Sequence record: PP892526.1
DNA: 64,000 nt
Reading direction: 5' to 3' (one strand)
Source of the DNA: Escherichia phage vB_EcoM_I14.1
In this document: one piece after another, positions 35,170 through 45,757 of the stretch
Layout: every line of letters starts with the position of its first letter
Position numbering within the stretch: the first letter of the stretch is position 1
Notes under the pieces: generated by a model
The model's database searches: none
Told to the model about the DNA's origin: nothing
The model's input: the letters and a program-made list of their open reading frames with translations, nothing else
Position numbers and translations under genes: made by a program

Positions 35170-37404
35170 ATGATTAAGACAATTAAAAAATCAAACGGTA
35201 CAGTAGTAAACTTTGACCCAGAAAGACTGAATAAGTGGGCATCATGGGCAGATAAGCGTGGTATTATCTGGTCAGAAGTCACTATGGAAGCTATGAAACG
35301 TGTCTATGAAGGTTGCACTACAAAAGAGATGCACCAAGCCATGATTGATGTTTGTGTTGATAAACAAACTCAAGAGTACTCAGATATGGCTGGACGGCTA
35401 CTGCTGGGAATTATCTACAAAGAAGCCTTTGGAGGCTTTACTAAGGTTCCTACGCTGATTACCTTCGTTAAAAATATGGAGAGAGCAGGACTTTGGGAGA
35501 AGATGGACTATTCTCAGGAAGAGCTTGAATATCTGCAAGGGTACATTGTGCACTCAAAAGATATCTCTTACGGTTATGCAGTCCTGAAACAGTTTAGAGA
35601 TAAGTATGGTATCCGTGATATTAAAACGGGAAGACTTTTTGAGTCACCACAGTTTATGTTTATGGGTATGGCTATGAAAGCCTTTGAGAAGCAACCAAAG
35701 CACCGTAGACTGCAAGATGTTATCAAGCTGTACACTTACCTATCTGACCTGAAGATTAATGCTCCTACGCCTTATCTGAATGGTTTAAGAGCTACTAAAT
35801 CAGGTTATGCGTCATGCTGTTTGATTAAGGCGAATGATACCGCTGAATCACTTGGTATTGCTGCAAAGGTTGCTTATGATATGACTACAAAGCAAGCTGG
35901 TATTGGGATGCTGATGGAGACTCGTACTATTGGTGATGGTATCCGTCAAAATACTATTGAGCACATGGGTAAGCTGCCTTATTACAAGCTTGTACGTTCA
36001 TCTGTAGAGGCAAATAAACAGAAGAGTCGTGGTGGTTCAGCTAACAACTTCTACACTGCTCTAGACCCGCAGATTGAAGATTTACTACGCTTGAAGCACC
36101 CTACAACGGTTCCTTCTAAACGTATTAACGAGATGGACTACTCATTTGGTACAAATGATTATTTCTGGCAGTGTGTTCAGTATGATACAGATTGGTTACT
36201 ATTCTCTTACAAGGATGCACCAAAACTTTATGATATGTTCTACACCGCATCTGCTGATGAGTTTGCTATGGCAGTTGGTCACGCAGTACATTCTGGTGTT
36301 AAGCACAGACGAGTAAAGGCTCGTGAAATTGCTAAACTGTTTATCCAGCAGCGTTATGCAACAGGTCGTGTGTATCCATTCTTCACAAATAATGCAAACA
36401 CACATACACCATTTAAAGAACCTTTGAAGATGTCAAATCTTTGTATGGAAATTGTGTTGCCAGTGTACGGTTTTGAGAAAGAGACAGACCTTTACAGAGA
36501 TGATGCTGTGAAAGAGGATGGTGAGGTAGCTCTTTGCTTCCTAGCTAGTTTGGTTGCAGGGAGAATTTCAGAAGATGAATACGCTGACGTTGCTTATTAT
36601 GCTCTTGCAATGGTTGACTCCGTTATTGACCTTATGGATTATCCGTATCCGTCGATGCGCAACCATGTTCAGAAGCGTCGTTCTGTTGGGATTGGCCTTA
36701 CAAATGTGGCTCATTACCTTGCGAAAAACTACGTGAACTATTCTTCAAGAGCAGGTAAGACGAAGCTTCATGAGCTTGCTGAAATGCACTCTTACTACTT
36801 ACATGAAGCTTCTTTAAGACTTGCTAAAGAACGTGGTGTACCTGAGTATATGCAGTTCACTAAGTATCCTGAAGGTTGGGTTCCTCCGAAGACAGCTAAC
36901 AAGAAGATTGATGAGAAGCATGATGCAAAACTAAGATATGATTGGGATGACTTAGCACAACGTATTAAAGAAAATGGTGGAATCCGCAACTCCGTATTAG
37001 AAGCTTACATGCCTAATGAGAGTTCTTCACTGGCAACTAATACGACAAATGGCTTGTATCCAATTCGTGACTTTATTTTAACTAAAAAGTCTGCAACTGG
37101 TAACGTACTGTTTATTGTTCCAGATTACGAAGAGTTGAAGTATGTCTATGAAATTGCTTGGGATATTGACACCTTTGACCTGATTGATTGTTATGCAATT
37201 GTTCAAAAGTTCACTGGTCAAGCTATCTCTTCAGATTTCTATGTTGACTACGCAAAAGCTAAGAAGGTATCATTAGCTCAAGCTTTGAAGTACATGATTT
37301 ATGCCAACTCAGTAGGTATGAAAACCATGTACTACCTTAACAGTCGCATTGGTGTAGGTAAATCTGCACTGCAAGATGCTTATTGCGAGGGTTGTGGTGT
37401 TTAG
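35170..37404 (+). CDS. nrdA: ribonucleotide reductase class Ia, alpha subunit
   Basis: 744 aa; ATP-cone-like N-terminus; active-site SNLCMEI; C-terminal CEGCG. Confidence 0.9.
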   Translation: MIKTIKKSNGTVVNFDPERLNKWASWADKRGIIWSEVTMEAMKRVYEGCTTKEMHQAMIDVCVDKQTQEYSDMAGRLLLGIIYKEAFGGFTKVPTLITFVKNMERAGLWEKMDYSQEELEYLQGYIVHSKDISYGYAVLKQFRDKYGIRDIKTGRLFESPQFMFMGMAMKAFEKQPKHRRLQDVIKLYTYLSDLKINAPTPYLNGLRATKSGYASCCLIKANDTAESLGIAAKVAYDMTTKQAGIGMLMETRTIGDGIRQNTIEHMGKLPYYKLVRSSVEANKQKSRGGSANNFYTALDPQIEDLLRLKHPTTVPSKRINEMDYSFGTNDYFWQCVQYDTDWLLFSYKDAPKLYDMFYTASADEFAMAVGHAVHSGVKHRRVKAREIAKLFIQQRYATGRVYPFFTNNANTHTPFKEPLKMSNLCMEIVLPVYGFEKETDLYRDDAVKEDGEVALCFLASLVAGRISEDEYADVAYYALAMVDSVIDLMDYPYPSMRNHVQKRRSVGIGLTNVAHYLAKNYVNYSSRAGKTKLHELAEMHSYYLHEASLRLAKERGVPEYMQFTKYPEGWVPPKTANKKIDEKHDAKLRYDWDDLAQRIKENGGIRNSVLEAYMPNESSSLATNTTNGLYPIRDFILTKKSATGNVLFIVPDYEELKYVYEIAWDIDTFDLIDCYAIVQKFTGQAISSDFYVDYAKAKKVSLAQALKYMIYANSVGMKTMYYLNSRIGVGKSALQDAYCEGCGV

Positions 37405-37456
37405 TTTTAATAACTATGAGGGTCGTAAAAGACCCTCTAAAATTAACTTTGGAGGA

Positions 37457-37717
37457 ACTATGAAAGACCTAATAGAAAAACATGAGAGACCCATATACTT
37501 GCTCCACAAACCTCGGAAAACGCTGTACTATGTAAGTAGCACAGATATGATGATAAAACAAAATGATGACTCATGGGTCGATGGTGTCTCTTACATCTCT
37601 ACAGCAGATGGTAAAATCTATGCAAGACCTTATGACATGTTTAACAAAGAAAATTGGGAAGTTTTAGACAGAAAACAAGCCTTAGAGATGATAAAGAAAG
37701 GAGAAATCACGCTATGA
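37457..37717 (+). CDS. small ORF between nrdA and nrdB
   Basis: ATG behind RBS ggagg; stop overlaps nrdB start (ATGA). Confidence 0.3.
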   Translation, partial: TMKDLIEKHERPIYLLHKPRKTLYYVSSTDMMIKQNDDSWVDGVSYISTADGKIYARPYDMFNKENWEVLDRKQALEMIKKGEITL

Positions 37718-38787
37718 TTAACCAACACCCAATCTTTTTAGGTGGTGAGAGAAAAACATTCGACTCACTTAATAAGCACTACCCAAAAATCTTTGAGCTA
37801 TATAAACAACAAAAAGCACAAGACTGGTCAGAAGATGAGTTCCCTTTTGAACAATCACGTCTTGATTTTGAGAGTGTACCAGCATCAATGTCAGGTGTAA
37901 TGCTTGAGATTCTTAAGTGGCAGTGGGAAGCAGATACCCAAGTTGCTAAGAGTTTAGCATTTTCCTTTGCACCATTCATCTCTGATGACATTTATGCAAC
38001 TGCAATTGTGAAGCAGACTGAGATTGAAAACCTACACGCTCTCACTTACTCGGAGATTGTAAGACAATGTATTAAAAATCCTGAAACAATCTTAGATGAG
38101 ATTAACCAGAACATTGCTGTACAAGACCGATTAAAAACTGTGAACCGTGTTCTTGAAGAATTGCTGGACGAAGGTATAAACTATCGGCTGAGTTATGTCC
38201 GTGACTCACTTCTGGATAAAGACCCTTTACACTTCCATAAAGTGATTCTAAAAGGTCTATTTGCAGTTACTGCACTTGAAGGTATTTCTTTTATGGCATC
38301 CTTTGCATGTACTTTTGCACTTGATGCTCAAGATAAATTTCAAGGTATTGCTCAAGCTGTCCAGAAAATTATGCTTGACGAAATCCTTCACACTAAAATT
38401 GATATTGAAGTTTTAAAAGAAACTTTAAGAGATGATGAGTGGCAAAAAGCTTTCCAACAAATTCTTCCAGAGATTAAAGTAATCTTAGATGAAGTAGTTG
38501 AAAGTGAAGAGAAATGGTCGTATTATATCTTCTCCGAAGGACGTGCTGTAGTTGGGTTAAATACAAAGCTTCTTCATGAGTGGGTTTACTATAATGCTGC
38601 CCCACTGTATGATATGTTTGGCATTCCCAGAGATTTTGTAGCTCCTAAAGAACCACCTTTGAAGTATATGATTAAGAAGATGGAAATTGATAAAGAGCAG
38701 AATGCTAATCAGGAGCAACAGAACGGTGCGTATTTATTAAATACTGTTGTAGACGATTTGAATAGTGGATTTTTAGAGGTTCCTTAA
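37714..38787 (+). CDS. nrdB: ribonucleotide reductase class Ia, beta subunit
   Basis: Follows nrdA; ~357 aa; start at Met behind RBS ggag (ORF track 37654). Confidence 0.85.
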   Translation: MINQHPIFLGGERKTFDSLNKHYPKIFELYKQQKAQDWSEDEFPFEQSRLDFESVPASMSGVMLEILKWQWEADTQVAKSLAFSFAPFISDDIYATAIVKQTEIENLHALTYSEIVRQCIKNPETILDEINQNIAVQDRLKTVNRVLEELLDEGINYRLSYVRDSLLDKDPLHFHKVILKGLFAVTALEGISFMASFACTFALDAQDKFQGIAQAVQKIMLDEILHTKIDIEVLKETLRDDEWQKAFQQILPEIKVILDEVVESEEKWSYYIFSEGRAVVGLNTKLLHEWVYYNAAPLYDMFGIPRDFVAPKEPPLKYMIKKMEIDKEQNANQEQQNGAYLLNTVVDDLNSGFLEVP

Positions 38788-39029
38788 TGACTTATGTAAT
38801 TTACTCCAAAACTGGATGCCCTCAGTGTGAGACTGCAAAGAATTTTGCGAAAGCTCGTGGTATTGACCATGTTGTGAGAATGTTAGGGCAGGATTATGAA
38901 CTGTCAGACCTGATGGATATTGCACAGATGCCAGTTCGTCAGATGCCATTCATCATGAAAACTGATGGTCAAAATCTAAAACCTGTTGGAACGCTACAGA
39001 ATTTTATGGCAGAGGTGAATAATGCTTAA
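38787..39029 (+). CDS. glutaredoxin-like protein (NrdH/thioredoxin-like)
   Basis: N-terminal CPQC redox motif; between nrdB and nrdD. Confidence 0.65.
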   Translation: MTYVIYSKTGCPQCETAKNFAKARGIDHVVRMLGQDYELSDLMDIAQMPVRQMPFIMKTDGQNLKPVGTLQNFMAEVNNA

Positions 39030-39228
39030 ACGCCTTTGGGAAGGTTTGGTTGTTGATGCACCAGCCATTGTGATTGGTATGCTTGTTGTTAACCTATTTA
39101 CTGATTTTGAACAAGGTTCATTGTTTGGAGCCATGTTACTATGGGTTATCTTTGAAATATTAGAGATACAGTTAGGCATCACGGAAAAACTAAGAAAACT
39201 CGTTTCGAAGTTTTCTAAAAAGATTTAA
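39022..39228 (+). CDS. small membrane protein
   Basis: 68 aa, two hydrophobic segments. Confidence 0.3.
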   Translation: MLKRLWEGLVVDAPAIVIGMLVVNLFTDFEQGSLFGAMLLWVIFEILEIQLGITEKLRKLVSKFSKKI

Positions 39229-39233
39229 AATGA

Positions 39234-39259
39234 AAGGGTCTCTTCGGAGACCTTTTTAG
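39234..39259 (+). terminator. intrinsic terminator or attenuator upstream of nrdD
   Basis: gggtctc-ttcg-gagacc followed by ttttt. Confidence 0.55.
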
Positions 39260-39276
39260 CATGTAAAGGGGTAATA

Positions 39277-41421
39277 ATGAACAAAGTACAGATTATTAAA
39301 AAGAATGGCTCACTTGAAGAACCTGATATCAAAAAAGTTTTAGCAGCAGTAACTAAGTCAGCTAACAGGGTTGGGTATAAAGAACTTCCACCAGATGTTA
39401 CCCAAGCTCTTGAGTCAGCATTTATGAGGATTCTGGTAAAGTCCACTAAGCAGAATAATTTGCTCATCTCGGTAAATGACATTCACAGTATTGTTGAGGG
39501 TGCTTTGGCAGAAGTCAATCACGAGATTTATGAGTCTTACTCAACATACAGAAATTACCGTAAAGAGGTTGCTCAAAATTGGGATGAGCTTTACCAAAAG
39601 ACTAAAGACACACTCTTCTTAGGTGACCGTGAAAATGCTAACTTTGACAGCAGTTTAATTTCTACAAAAGGTTCAATTATTCGTGGCTATCTGACTAAAG
39701 AAATCTTTAAACAATACCATTTAACACCAGAGGAACTCGAAGCCATTGAAAAAGGGTTTATCTACATCCATGACTTAAGAGACCTAATTTTTGGTGGTAT
39801 CAACTGTTGCCTGTTTGACATCGGTAAAGTACTGAAAGGTGGCTTTGAAATGTCTGGCATCGAATACTGTGAACCGAAGTCTGTACTGTCAGCCTTACAA
39901 GTTATCGGTGATGTAGTTCTTTCAGCAACTGCACAGCAATTTGGTGGATTTACTTTAGCAGAGATTGATAAGGTACTTGTACCATATGCTAAGAAGTCTC
40001 TACGCTATCATGCTGAGAAAGCAGCATCTTACGGTATTCCTAAAGAACATTACCATAACTATGTCATGGAGCAGTTACAGATTGAATTAACTCAAGGCTT
40101 CCAGTCACTAGAGATGAAGCTAAATACTGTACCTTGTAGCCGTGGTGATTTCGCATTCACAACTTTAACATTTGGTTTACTTGACTCAGACATGTCTAAT
40201 GAAGACAACCGACTACAATACATGATTGCAAACACTATTCTTGATGTTCGCATGAATGGACAAGGTAAGAGCAAGAAGCCTGTTGTATTCCCTAAACTGG
40301 TTTATATTCATGACCAGAAGAGACACGATGAGAATATCTGTCAAGGTCAACTGTACAGTAAAGCTATTGAGTGTTGCTCTAAAGCTATGTATCCAGATTT
40401 CTTAAGTGTATCTGGTCATGGTGCTGTAGCAGAGGCTTTTGAGCGTTCTGGCAAGGTAATTTCACCGATGGGTTGCAGAGCTTTCTTATCCCCATATCTT
40501 AACGAGAATGGAGAAGAGTTCTACGTTGGTCGTGCTAACATTGGTGCTGTATCTTTGAACTTACCAATGCTTTACCAGTATTCTAAAGAGAACGGTTTAG
40601 ATTTCTGGAAAGAGCTTGATAAGTACCTAGAGATGATTCGCAGCTTCCACAAGAAACGCTACGAAATGATTGCTAATATGCCAGCAAGTTCTAACCCTCT
40701 TGCATTCACACAAGGTGGTCTGTACAAAGGGACTAAGAAACCTACTGACAAGGTTGGTTGGGATATCGTGAAGTCTTTCACAGCTTCTTTTGGGGTTACT
40801 GCTCTTGATGAGCTGTCTGTTCTTGCTGAAGGTAAACGACTTCATGAAGTTGGAAGCTATAGTTTTGCATATGATGTTCTGGCATACATCAACATGAAAA
40901 CTGAAGAGTTTAAAAATGAAGATGGCTTCTTATATGCCGTCTATGGGACTCCAGCAGAATCACTTTGTGGAACTCAACTAAAACAGTTCAGAGATATGTT
41001 TGGCGTTATCAAAGGTGTTTCTGACAAGGAATACTTTACAAACAGCTTCCACATGAATGTTGCAGCAGACATCTCACCATTTGAGAAGCAGGACTTAGAA
41101 GAGCCATTCTTCCATATCTGTAGAGGCGGTAGAATCCAGTATGTTAGAGTAGCTAACCCAGAAAACTTACCAGCACTTAAAAGTTGTATTACAAGAGGGA
41201 TGTTGAAAGGTTTTTATCAGGGACTTAACTTTGACTTAGCAATCTGTGAACATTGTGGCAACAGGCCAAAGGCTGATGTTGAAGAATGTGAGGTTTGCCA
41301 TTCACATGACATCTCTGTGATTAACAGAGTGTGTGGGTATCTTGGGTGGACTAAGATTAAAGGCGAATCCCGAATGAATGATGCAAAAATTGCTGAGATT
41401 CGTGACAGGGTTTCTATGTAA
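39277..41421 (+). CDS. nrdD: anaerobic ribonucleotide reductase, class III
   Basis: 714 aa; C-terminal zinc site CEHCG...CEVCHSHD and glycyl-radical motif RVCGYLG. Confidence 0.9.
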   Translation: MNKVQIIKKNGSLEEPDIKKVLAAVTKSANRVGYKELPPDVTQALESAFMRILVKSTKQNNLLISVNDIHSIVEGALAEVNHEIYESYSTYRNYRKEVAQNWDELYQKTKDTLFLGDRENANFDSSLISTKGSIIRGYLTKEIFKQYHLTPEELEAIEKGFIYIHDLRDLIFGGINCCLFDIGKVLKGGFEMSGIEYCEPKSVLSALQVIGDVVLSATAQQFGGFTLAEIDKVLVPYAKKSLRYHAEKAASYGIPKEHYHNYVMEQLQIELTQGFQSLEMKLNTVPCSRGDFAFTTLTFGLLDSDMSNEDNRLQYMIANTILDVRMNGQGKSKKPVVFPKLVYIHDQKRHDENICQGQLYSKAIECCSKAMYPDFLSVSGHGAVAEAFERSGKVISPMGCRAFLSPYLNENGEEFYVGRANIGAVSLNLPMLYQYSKENGLDFWKELDKYLEMIRSFHKKRYEMIANMPASSNPLAFTQGGLYKGTKKPTDKVGWDIVKSFTASFGVTALDELSVLAEGKRLHEVGSYSFAYDVLAYINMKTEEFKNEDGFLYAVYGTPAESLCGTQLKQFRDMFGVIKGVSDKEYFTNSFHMNVAADISPFEKQDLEEPFFHICRGGRIQYVRVANPENLPALKSCITRGMLKGFYQGLNFDLAICEHCGNRPKADVEECEVCHSHDISVINRVCGYLGWTKIKGESRMNDAKIAEIRDRVSM

Positions 41422-41575
41422 AACTTGACAAGGTGGTGTGAGTCTTGATAGGCTTACATCACCTTTTTTATTGGATGTTAGACATGGCAGAGAGTATTAT
41501 TGGGTTGTTCATAGGTTCTGTCTTACTAGGGTTCTTTTTAGGACTTTCTTATTGTGAATTAAGAGGCAAGTTAAA

Positions 41576-41767
41576 ATGCTTAAAACATTGATACCCATAC
41601 TCCACATACTAGTCTTCTTCTTTGGGGTTAGCGTCATGGTATGGGGTTTTTCAGACCCACAATGGAGTTTCGCATATCATGGTCAGATGGATTTATGGTC
41701 ATGCTTCAAACCATTTTTAGGGTTAGCTATAGCATTCAGTGCATTACCAACTAAGGTGAAATTATGA
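41576..41767 (+). CDS. small membrane protein
   Basis: 63 aa, hydrophobic. Confidence 0.3.
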   Translation: MLKTLIPILHILVFFFGVSVMVWGFSDPQWSFAYHGQMDLWSCFKPFLGLAIAFSALPTKVKL

Positions 41768-42159
41768 TTAAGTTGAACAAAAAACAGTTAGAGTGGATTA
41801 AAGATTACGCCTCAGAGTGTGGCTCTTGCGAAAAGAATCACGTAAGATACTCAACATTTCATACGGTCTTCACATTGTATGTTGGCGACAACGTTCTAAG
41901 TGATTCCGTAGAAGACGGTGTAGCGTTACCTAATGAGTTACTTGATAAACTAGCTGTAGTCACTGGAACTTGGTCTGAAGAAGACGGTCATGAATTATCT
42001 GATGATGTTGTCTTCTACACTCTTGAAAACATCATGAATCCAGAGTACATTATGCTAATGACTTGTGCACAAGACTGTGTGCCATTACAAAACTTCATTA
42101 AAGAACACTGTGAAGAATTTATTACTAAACAGGTTCCTTGTCAGGTAGTGTTTGAATAA
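41764..42159 (+). CDS. hypothetical protein
   Basis: 131-aa ORF between nrdD and nrdG. Confidence 0.3.
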   Translation: MIKLNKKQLEWIKDYASECGSCEKNHVRYSTFHTVFTLYVGDNVLSDSVEDGVALPNELLDKLAVVTGTWSEEDGHELSDDVVFYTLENIMNPEYIMLMTCAQDCVPLQNFIKEHCEEFITKQVPCQVVFE

Positions 42160-42194
42160 GTAAAACAATTAAATAATATTGGTGAGGTAACTAG

Positions 42195-42680
42195 ATGAAT
42201 TACATGGAGATTCGACCATTTGACACAGCTAATGGTGAAGGGGTTCGTGTGAGCCTCTTCGTAGCTGGCTGCAAACATCACTGTGAAGGCTGCTTTAACA
42301 GGGAGTCTTGGAAATTTAATGCTGGTAAAGAGTTTACTTATGCAAACCTCTACGGCATCATTAAGTTAATGGATGATAATGCTATCAGTGGGCTGTCAAT
42401 ACTTGGTGGGGAGCCTCTGGATGACAGAAACATTCAAGAAGTCACCAACATATGCAAGCGTATTAAAACTGTTTATCCAGAAAAGTCTATATGGCTTTGG
42501 ACAGGTTTTCAGTTACACGAAAAAATTCACCTAGATGTGATGAAATATGTTGATGTGGTGATTGATGGTAAGTATGATTCTTCTAAACCAACAGTTAAAC
42601 CATATCGTGGTTCTGATAACCAAAACCTCTGGAGAAAAGAGTATGGATGGCAAGGCGATTGTCAATGGCGAGCAGAATGA
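42195..42680 (+). CDS. nrdG: anaerobic RNR activating enzyme (radical SAM)
   Basis: CKHHCEGC cysteine cluster; 161 aa; downstream of nrdD. Confidence 0.8.
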   Translation: MNYMEIRPFDTANGEGVRVSLFVAGCKHHCEGCFNRESWKFNAGKEFTYANLYGIIKLMDDNAISGLSILGGEPLDDRNIQEVTNICKRIKTVYPEKSIWLWTGFQLHEKIHLDVMKYVDVVIDGKYDSSKPTVKPYRGSDNQNLWRKEYGWQGDCQWRAE

Positions 42681-42918
42681 TTATTCTGGTAAGTGGACTT
42701 ACGACATTAACAAGTTAGATGCTTGGATGATTTATACGAGAGAAAAATTTGGTTCACGTTCATTATGCGCTCTTGCAACGATTGTAAAGAATGTCACGTT
42801 TGTCATTCATGAATCAGATAAGTTTGGAGACTTCTACAGGGTTCAAAATATCAGAGAAGGTATCACTCCAATAGGTATCACTGAAGAAGAACTTCATAAG
42901 TTCTGTATTAAACTTTAA
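42643..42918 (+). CDS. hypothetical protein
   Basis: Start at Met behind RBS ggag, overlaps nrdG 3' end (ORF track 42562). Confidence 0.3.
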   Translation: MDGKAIVNGEQNDYSGKWTYDINKLDAWMIYTREKFGSRSLCALATIVKNVTFVIHESDKFGDFYRVQNIREGITPIGITEEELHKFCIKL

Positions 42919-42933
42919 TGAGAGAGACTAAAA

Positions 42934-43200
42934 ATGGGAATTTTAGGTAATATGAAAGCTGGCTTCTTGAAGGCACTGGCAAAAGCAGCAGCAATCATTT
43001 CTATGACTGGAAAGCAGGTTGGTGTAGATGCTTCAGCAGTTGCACAAGTTCTTGCAAGCCAAATTGAACAGCAGCCTTACATCCACGTCGGACGTGGTAA
43101 AGGTGGTAAAAAACAAGCACATCGACCAACTGGTGCAGCAGCAATTAAACGTGCAGCTAAGAAAGCTCGTAACCGTAAACGTAACAAGAAGGCTAAATAA
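42934..43200 (+). CDS. small protein with highly basic C-terminus
   Basis: C-terminal KRAAKKARNRKRNKKAK. Confidence 0.3.
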   Translation: MGILGNMKAGFLKALAKAAAIISMTGKQVGVDASAVAQVLASQIEQQPYIHVGRGKGGKKQAHRPTGAAAIKRAAKKARNRKRNKKAK

Positions 43201-43202
43201 TC

Positions 43203-43523
43203 ATGAGTAAAGTTTATAACACTCATAAATTACAGATTTTCGTACTGTGCCAGTTTATGGCTAAAGAGTATAACTACTACTATTGTGGTACAGGGTTCAT
43301 CAGTGATAATGACGGCTCATATCTACCATTCAAAGAGGCTGTAAAACTCTTCAATGAAGAGAAAAGCTCTAAGAAAGATATTGAAAAGGTTAAGCTAACC
43401 TACAGCAAGAAAGATAAGAAGATTATCTGCCTAGATAACTTTGTAAAAGTTACTGGAGAAGCAAAAGAGTTTATGGATGAGAGTGAAATCTCATTCACAA
43501 GCATCTTGAAAGTAGCTCAGTAA
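43203..43523 (+). CDS. hypothetical protein
   Basis: 106-aa ORF, terminator downstream. Confidence 0.3.
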   Translation: MSKVYNTHKLQIFVLCQFMAKEYNYYYCGTGFISDNDGSYLPFKEAVKLFNEEKSSKKDIEKVKLTYSKKDKKIICLDNFVKVTGEAKEFMDESEISFTSILKVAQ

Positions 43524-43533
43524 AAAGATACTA

Positions 43534-43570
43534 TAAGGGGACTGTAAAGGTTCCCTTTTTATTTTTTGTG
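43534..43570 (+). terminator. intrinsic terminator candidate
   Basis: ggggac-tgtaaag-gttccc followed by tttttatttttt. Confidence 0.5.
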
Positions 43571-43578
43571 GAGATACT

Positions 43579-44094
43579 ATGTACCTGTCAAACCTGAAAC
43601 GTTCTGCTGCAATGTCTGTTCTGAGACTAAGCTTTGAAGAGCGTCAAGAGTTCATTGATTCCCACCAATATGACCCTTCCAATTCCAATCACATGATTCT
43701 CTGGAACCGTGATAACTTCCGTGAAAGAGCACTTGTCCGTTATTACCCACACTACACAATAGATAACCTGTATGAATGGTGTGTTGTGAAGAACACTATT
43801 GCAACACTTAACAATCTTTGCAGGTATACAGGCAAGCAAACATTTACACTAGGTCACCACAAGCCTGTTACAAAAGGTGGTGAACATCACTGTGCAAACT
43901 GGTTTATTCAAACTAAAGCTGATAACCAGAGGCAAGGCGATAACCTTCTAAGTACTCCTAAGATGACCTATGAAGAGCAAGAGAAATATATCAAAAATAA
44001 TATGCCAGATGTGCTTGACAACAACTATACAGATTTGGCAATATCTCTCCTGTTGAAGTTCGAGACAGTTTATAGGGCAACTTACAATGGCTAA
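43579..44094 (+). CDS. HNH endonuclease
   Basis: GHHKPVTKGGEHHCANW...NQRQG resembles the HNH core. Confidence 0.5.
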   Translation: MYLSNLKRSAAMSVLRLSFEERQEFIDSHQYDPSNSNHMILWNRDNFRERALVRYYPHYTIDNLYEWCVVKNTIATLNNLCRYTGKQTFTLGHHKPVTKGGEHHCANWFIQTKADNQRQGDNLLSTPKMTYEEQEKYIKNNMPDVLDNNYTDLAISLLLKFETVYRATYNG

Positions 44095-44365
44095 AGAGAA
44101 GTGGGAAATTTTACCATTAGTGAGTGAAGGCGGTAACGGTTGTGAGATGTACATGATACGTGGTCATGTCCCAGAACCAATTGCACTTGAGATGGTAAAC
44201 AACTTTACAGATGGCTCTTACAAAGACTTAGGAGAACCAACTGTCAAGCAACAATGGGTTAAACCTGTACCAGACAGCACAGGTAACTGTAGTGTACTTT
44301 ATCACGTTGTAGACCCTGCAAAATGCAAATCTGCAATGGCAGTAACAAACGTAACTTTTGACTGA
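44087..44365 (+). CDS. hypothetical protein
   Basis: 92-aa ORF. Confidence 0.3.
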   Translation: MAKEKWEILPLVSEGGNGCEMYMIRGHVPEPIALEMVNNFTDGSYKDLGEPTVKQQWVKPVPDSTGNCSVLYHVVDPAKCKSAMAVTNVTFD

Positions 44366-45257
44366 GAGAGAAACTATGAAAACATCTATCCGTGTTACAG
44401 TTCATTCACCGACTAAAGGGACTCATGAAGAAGAGTTTAACATCATTCAATTCCCTTCTGGTGAGATTGGTGGACACTTTTCACAAGAGCTTGTTGATTT
44501 TACTGCTTATGCAGCATCATCTATCAACAATGTGATTATGATTGTGAAAGGTTATGATAAGGACACATTGTTTGCTGTGGCACTTGCTAAAGAAGCAATT
44601 GATGATTTAGTCCCTCATGACTATGCCTTAAAGACTGTCATTTTTTACTACTTACCAAATGCACGATATGACCGTCACATGTTTAAAGGTGATGCAGCAG
44701 CTTTAAAGGTTTTTGCTAAACAGGTCAATGCAATGGGGTTTGGTGCAGTCTGTGCAGTTGACCCTCACAGTTATGTACCAGATAACCTGTTTAACTGCTT
44801 CCAGAGTATTCCTCAAAAGGAAATTGCAGTCCACTATGCAAATGACCCACTGGTTGATTACTTAGTAGCCCCAGATGCAGGTGCTGCTAAGAAGATTGCA
44901 GAGACTGCTAAAGAGGTGGATAAGCCATACATCACAATGTCTAAAGTGCGTAACCTTAAAACTGGTGAAATTACTGGTATGCGAATCCTTGATGATGTTG
45001 ATTTGACAGATAAAACCGTCATGATTCTGGATGATATTTGTGATGGAGGACGAACCTTCATAGAAGCAGCTAAACATCTTCGTGAAGCAGGTGCAAAACG
45101 TGTGGAACTCTATGTAACACATGGTATCTTCTCTAAAGGTGTTGAAAACTTACTTGACAATGGTATTGACCACATCTACACTACAAACTCTTTAGGGGAA
45201 GCTAAAGACCGTGGCTTAACACATTATGGTCAAGTTACTGTAGCAAATTTGGATTAG
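44358..45257 (+). CDS. prs: ribose-phosphate pyrophosphokinase (PRPP synthetase)
   Basis: PRPP-binding loop VMILDDICDGGRTF; ~300 aa. Confidence 0.8.
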   Translation: MTERETMKTSIRVTVHSPTKGTHEEEFNIIQFPSGEIGGHFSQELVDFTAYAASSINNVIMIVKGYDKDTLFAVALAKEAIDDLVPHDYALKTVIFYYLPNARYDRHMFKGDAAALKVFAKQVNAMGFGAVCAVDPHSYVPDNLFNCFQSIPQKEIAVHYANDPLVDYLVAPDAGAAKKIAETAKEVDKPYITMSKVRNLKTGEITGMRILDDVDLTDKTVMILDDICDGGRTFIEAAKHLREAGAKRVELYVTHGIFSKGVENLLDNGIDHIYTTNSLGEAKDRGLTHYGQVTVANLD

Positions 45258-45265
45258 GTATTAAA

Positions 45266-45757
45266 ATGGATAAGGGTTACTTCGAAAAATACCTAATATA
45301 CGAACCGGAGACAGGTTTACTAATTTGGAAAGTAACCCTTTGCAATACCGCTATTGCTGGTAATGTTGCTGGCACAAGGTCTAAGAAGGGTTATATCCAA
45401 GTCCAGATAAATAAGAAGAGGTACTATGCACATAATATTGCATGGATTATGTCTGGAGGTGAGATACCAAGTGGATATGAGATAGACCACATAGACCTTG
45501 ATAAATCTAATAATAAGTTGGAGAATTTAAGACTTAGCACAAAGTCACAAAATCAGAGGAATAGGGGTATATACAAGAATAATAAAACTGGTGTGAAGGG
45601 TGTAAGTTTTTGTAAACAAACAGGTCTTTACAAAGCAAGAGTCATGCTTTACCATAAAGAATACTTTTGTGGAAGATTTAAAACGGTAGAAGAAGCAAAA
45701 GAAGCTGTAATTAAAAAGCGAATAGAACTTCATGGTGAGTTTGCAAGACATAACTAA
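45266..45757 (+). CDS. HNH homing endonuclease with AP2 DNA-binding domain
   Basis: HNH_3-type YEIDHIDLDKSNNKLENLRL; AP2-like GVKGVSF...YKARV...GRFKTVEEAKEA. Confidence 0.7.
   Translation: MDKGYFEKYLIYEPETGLLIWKVTLCNTAIAGNVAGTRSKKGYIQVQINKKRYYAHNIAWIMSGGEIPSGYEIDHIDLDKSNNKLENLRLSTKSQNQRNRGIYKNNKTGVKGVSFCKQTGLYKARVMLYHKEYFCGRFKTVEEAKEAVIKKRIELHGEFARHN

Noticed and set aside
42934-43200. Basic-tailed 88-aa protein as a histone-like or DNA-binding protein
   Set aside because: Only compositional evidence (Lys/Arg-rich C-terminus); left as hypothetical.
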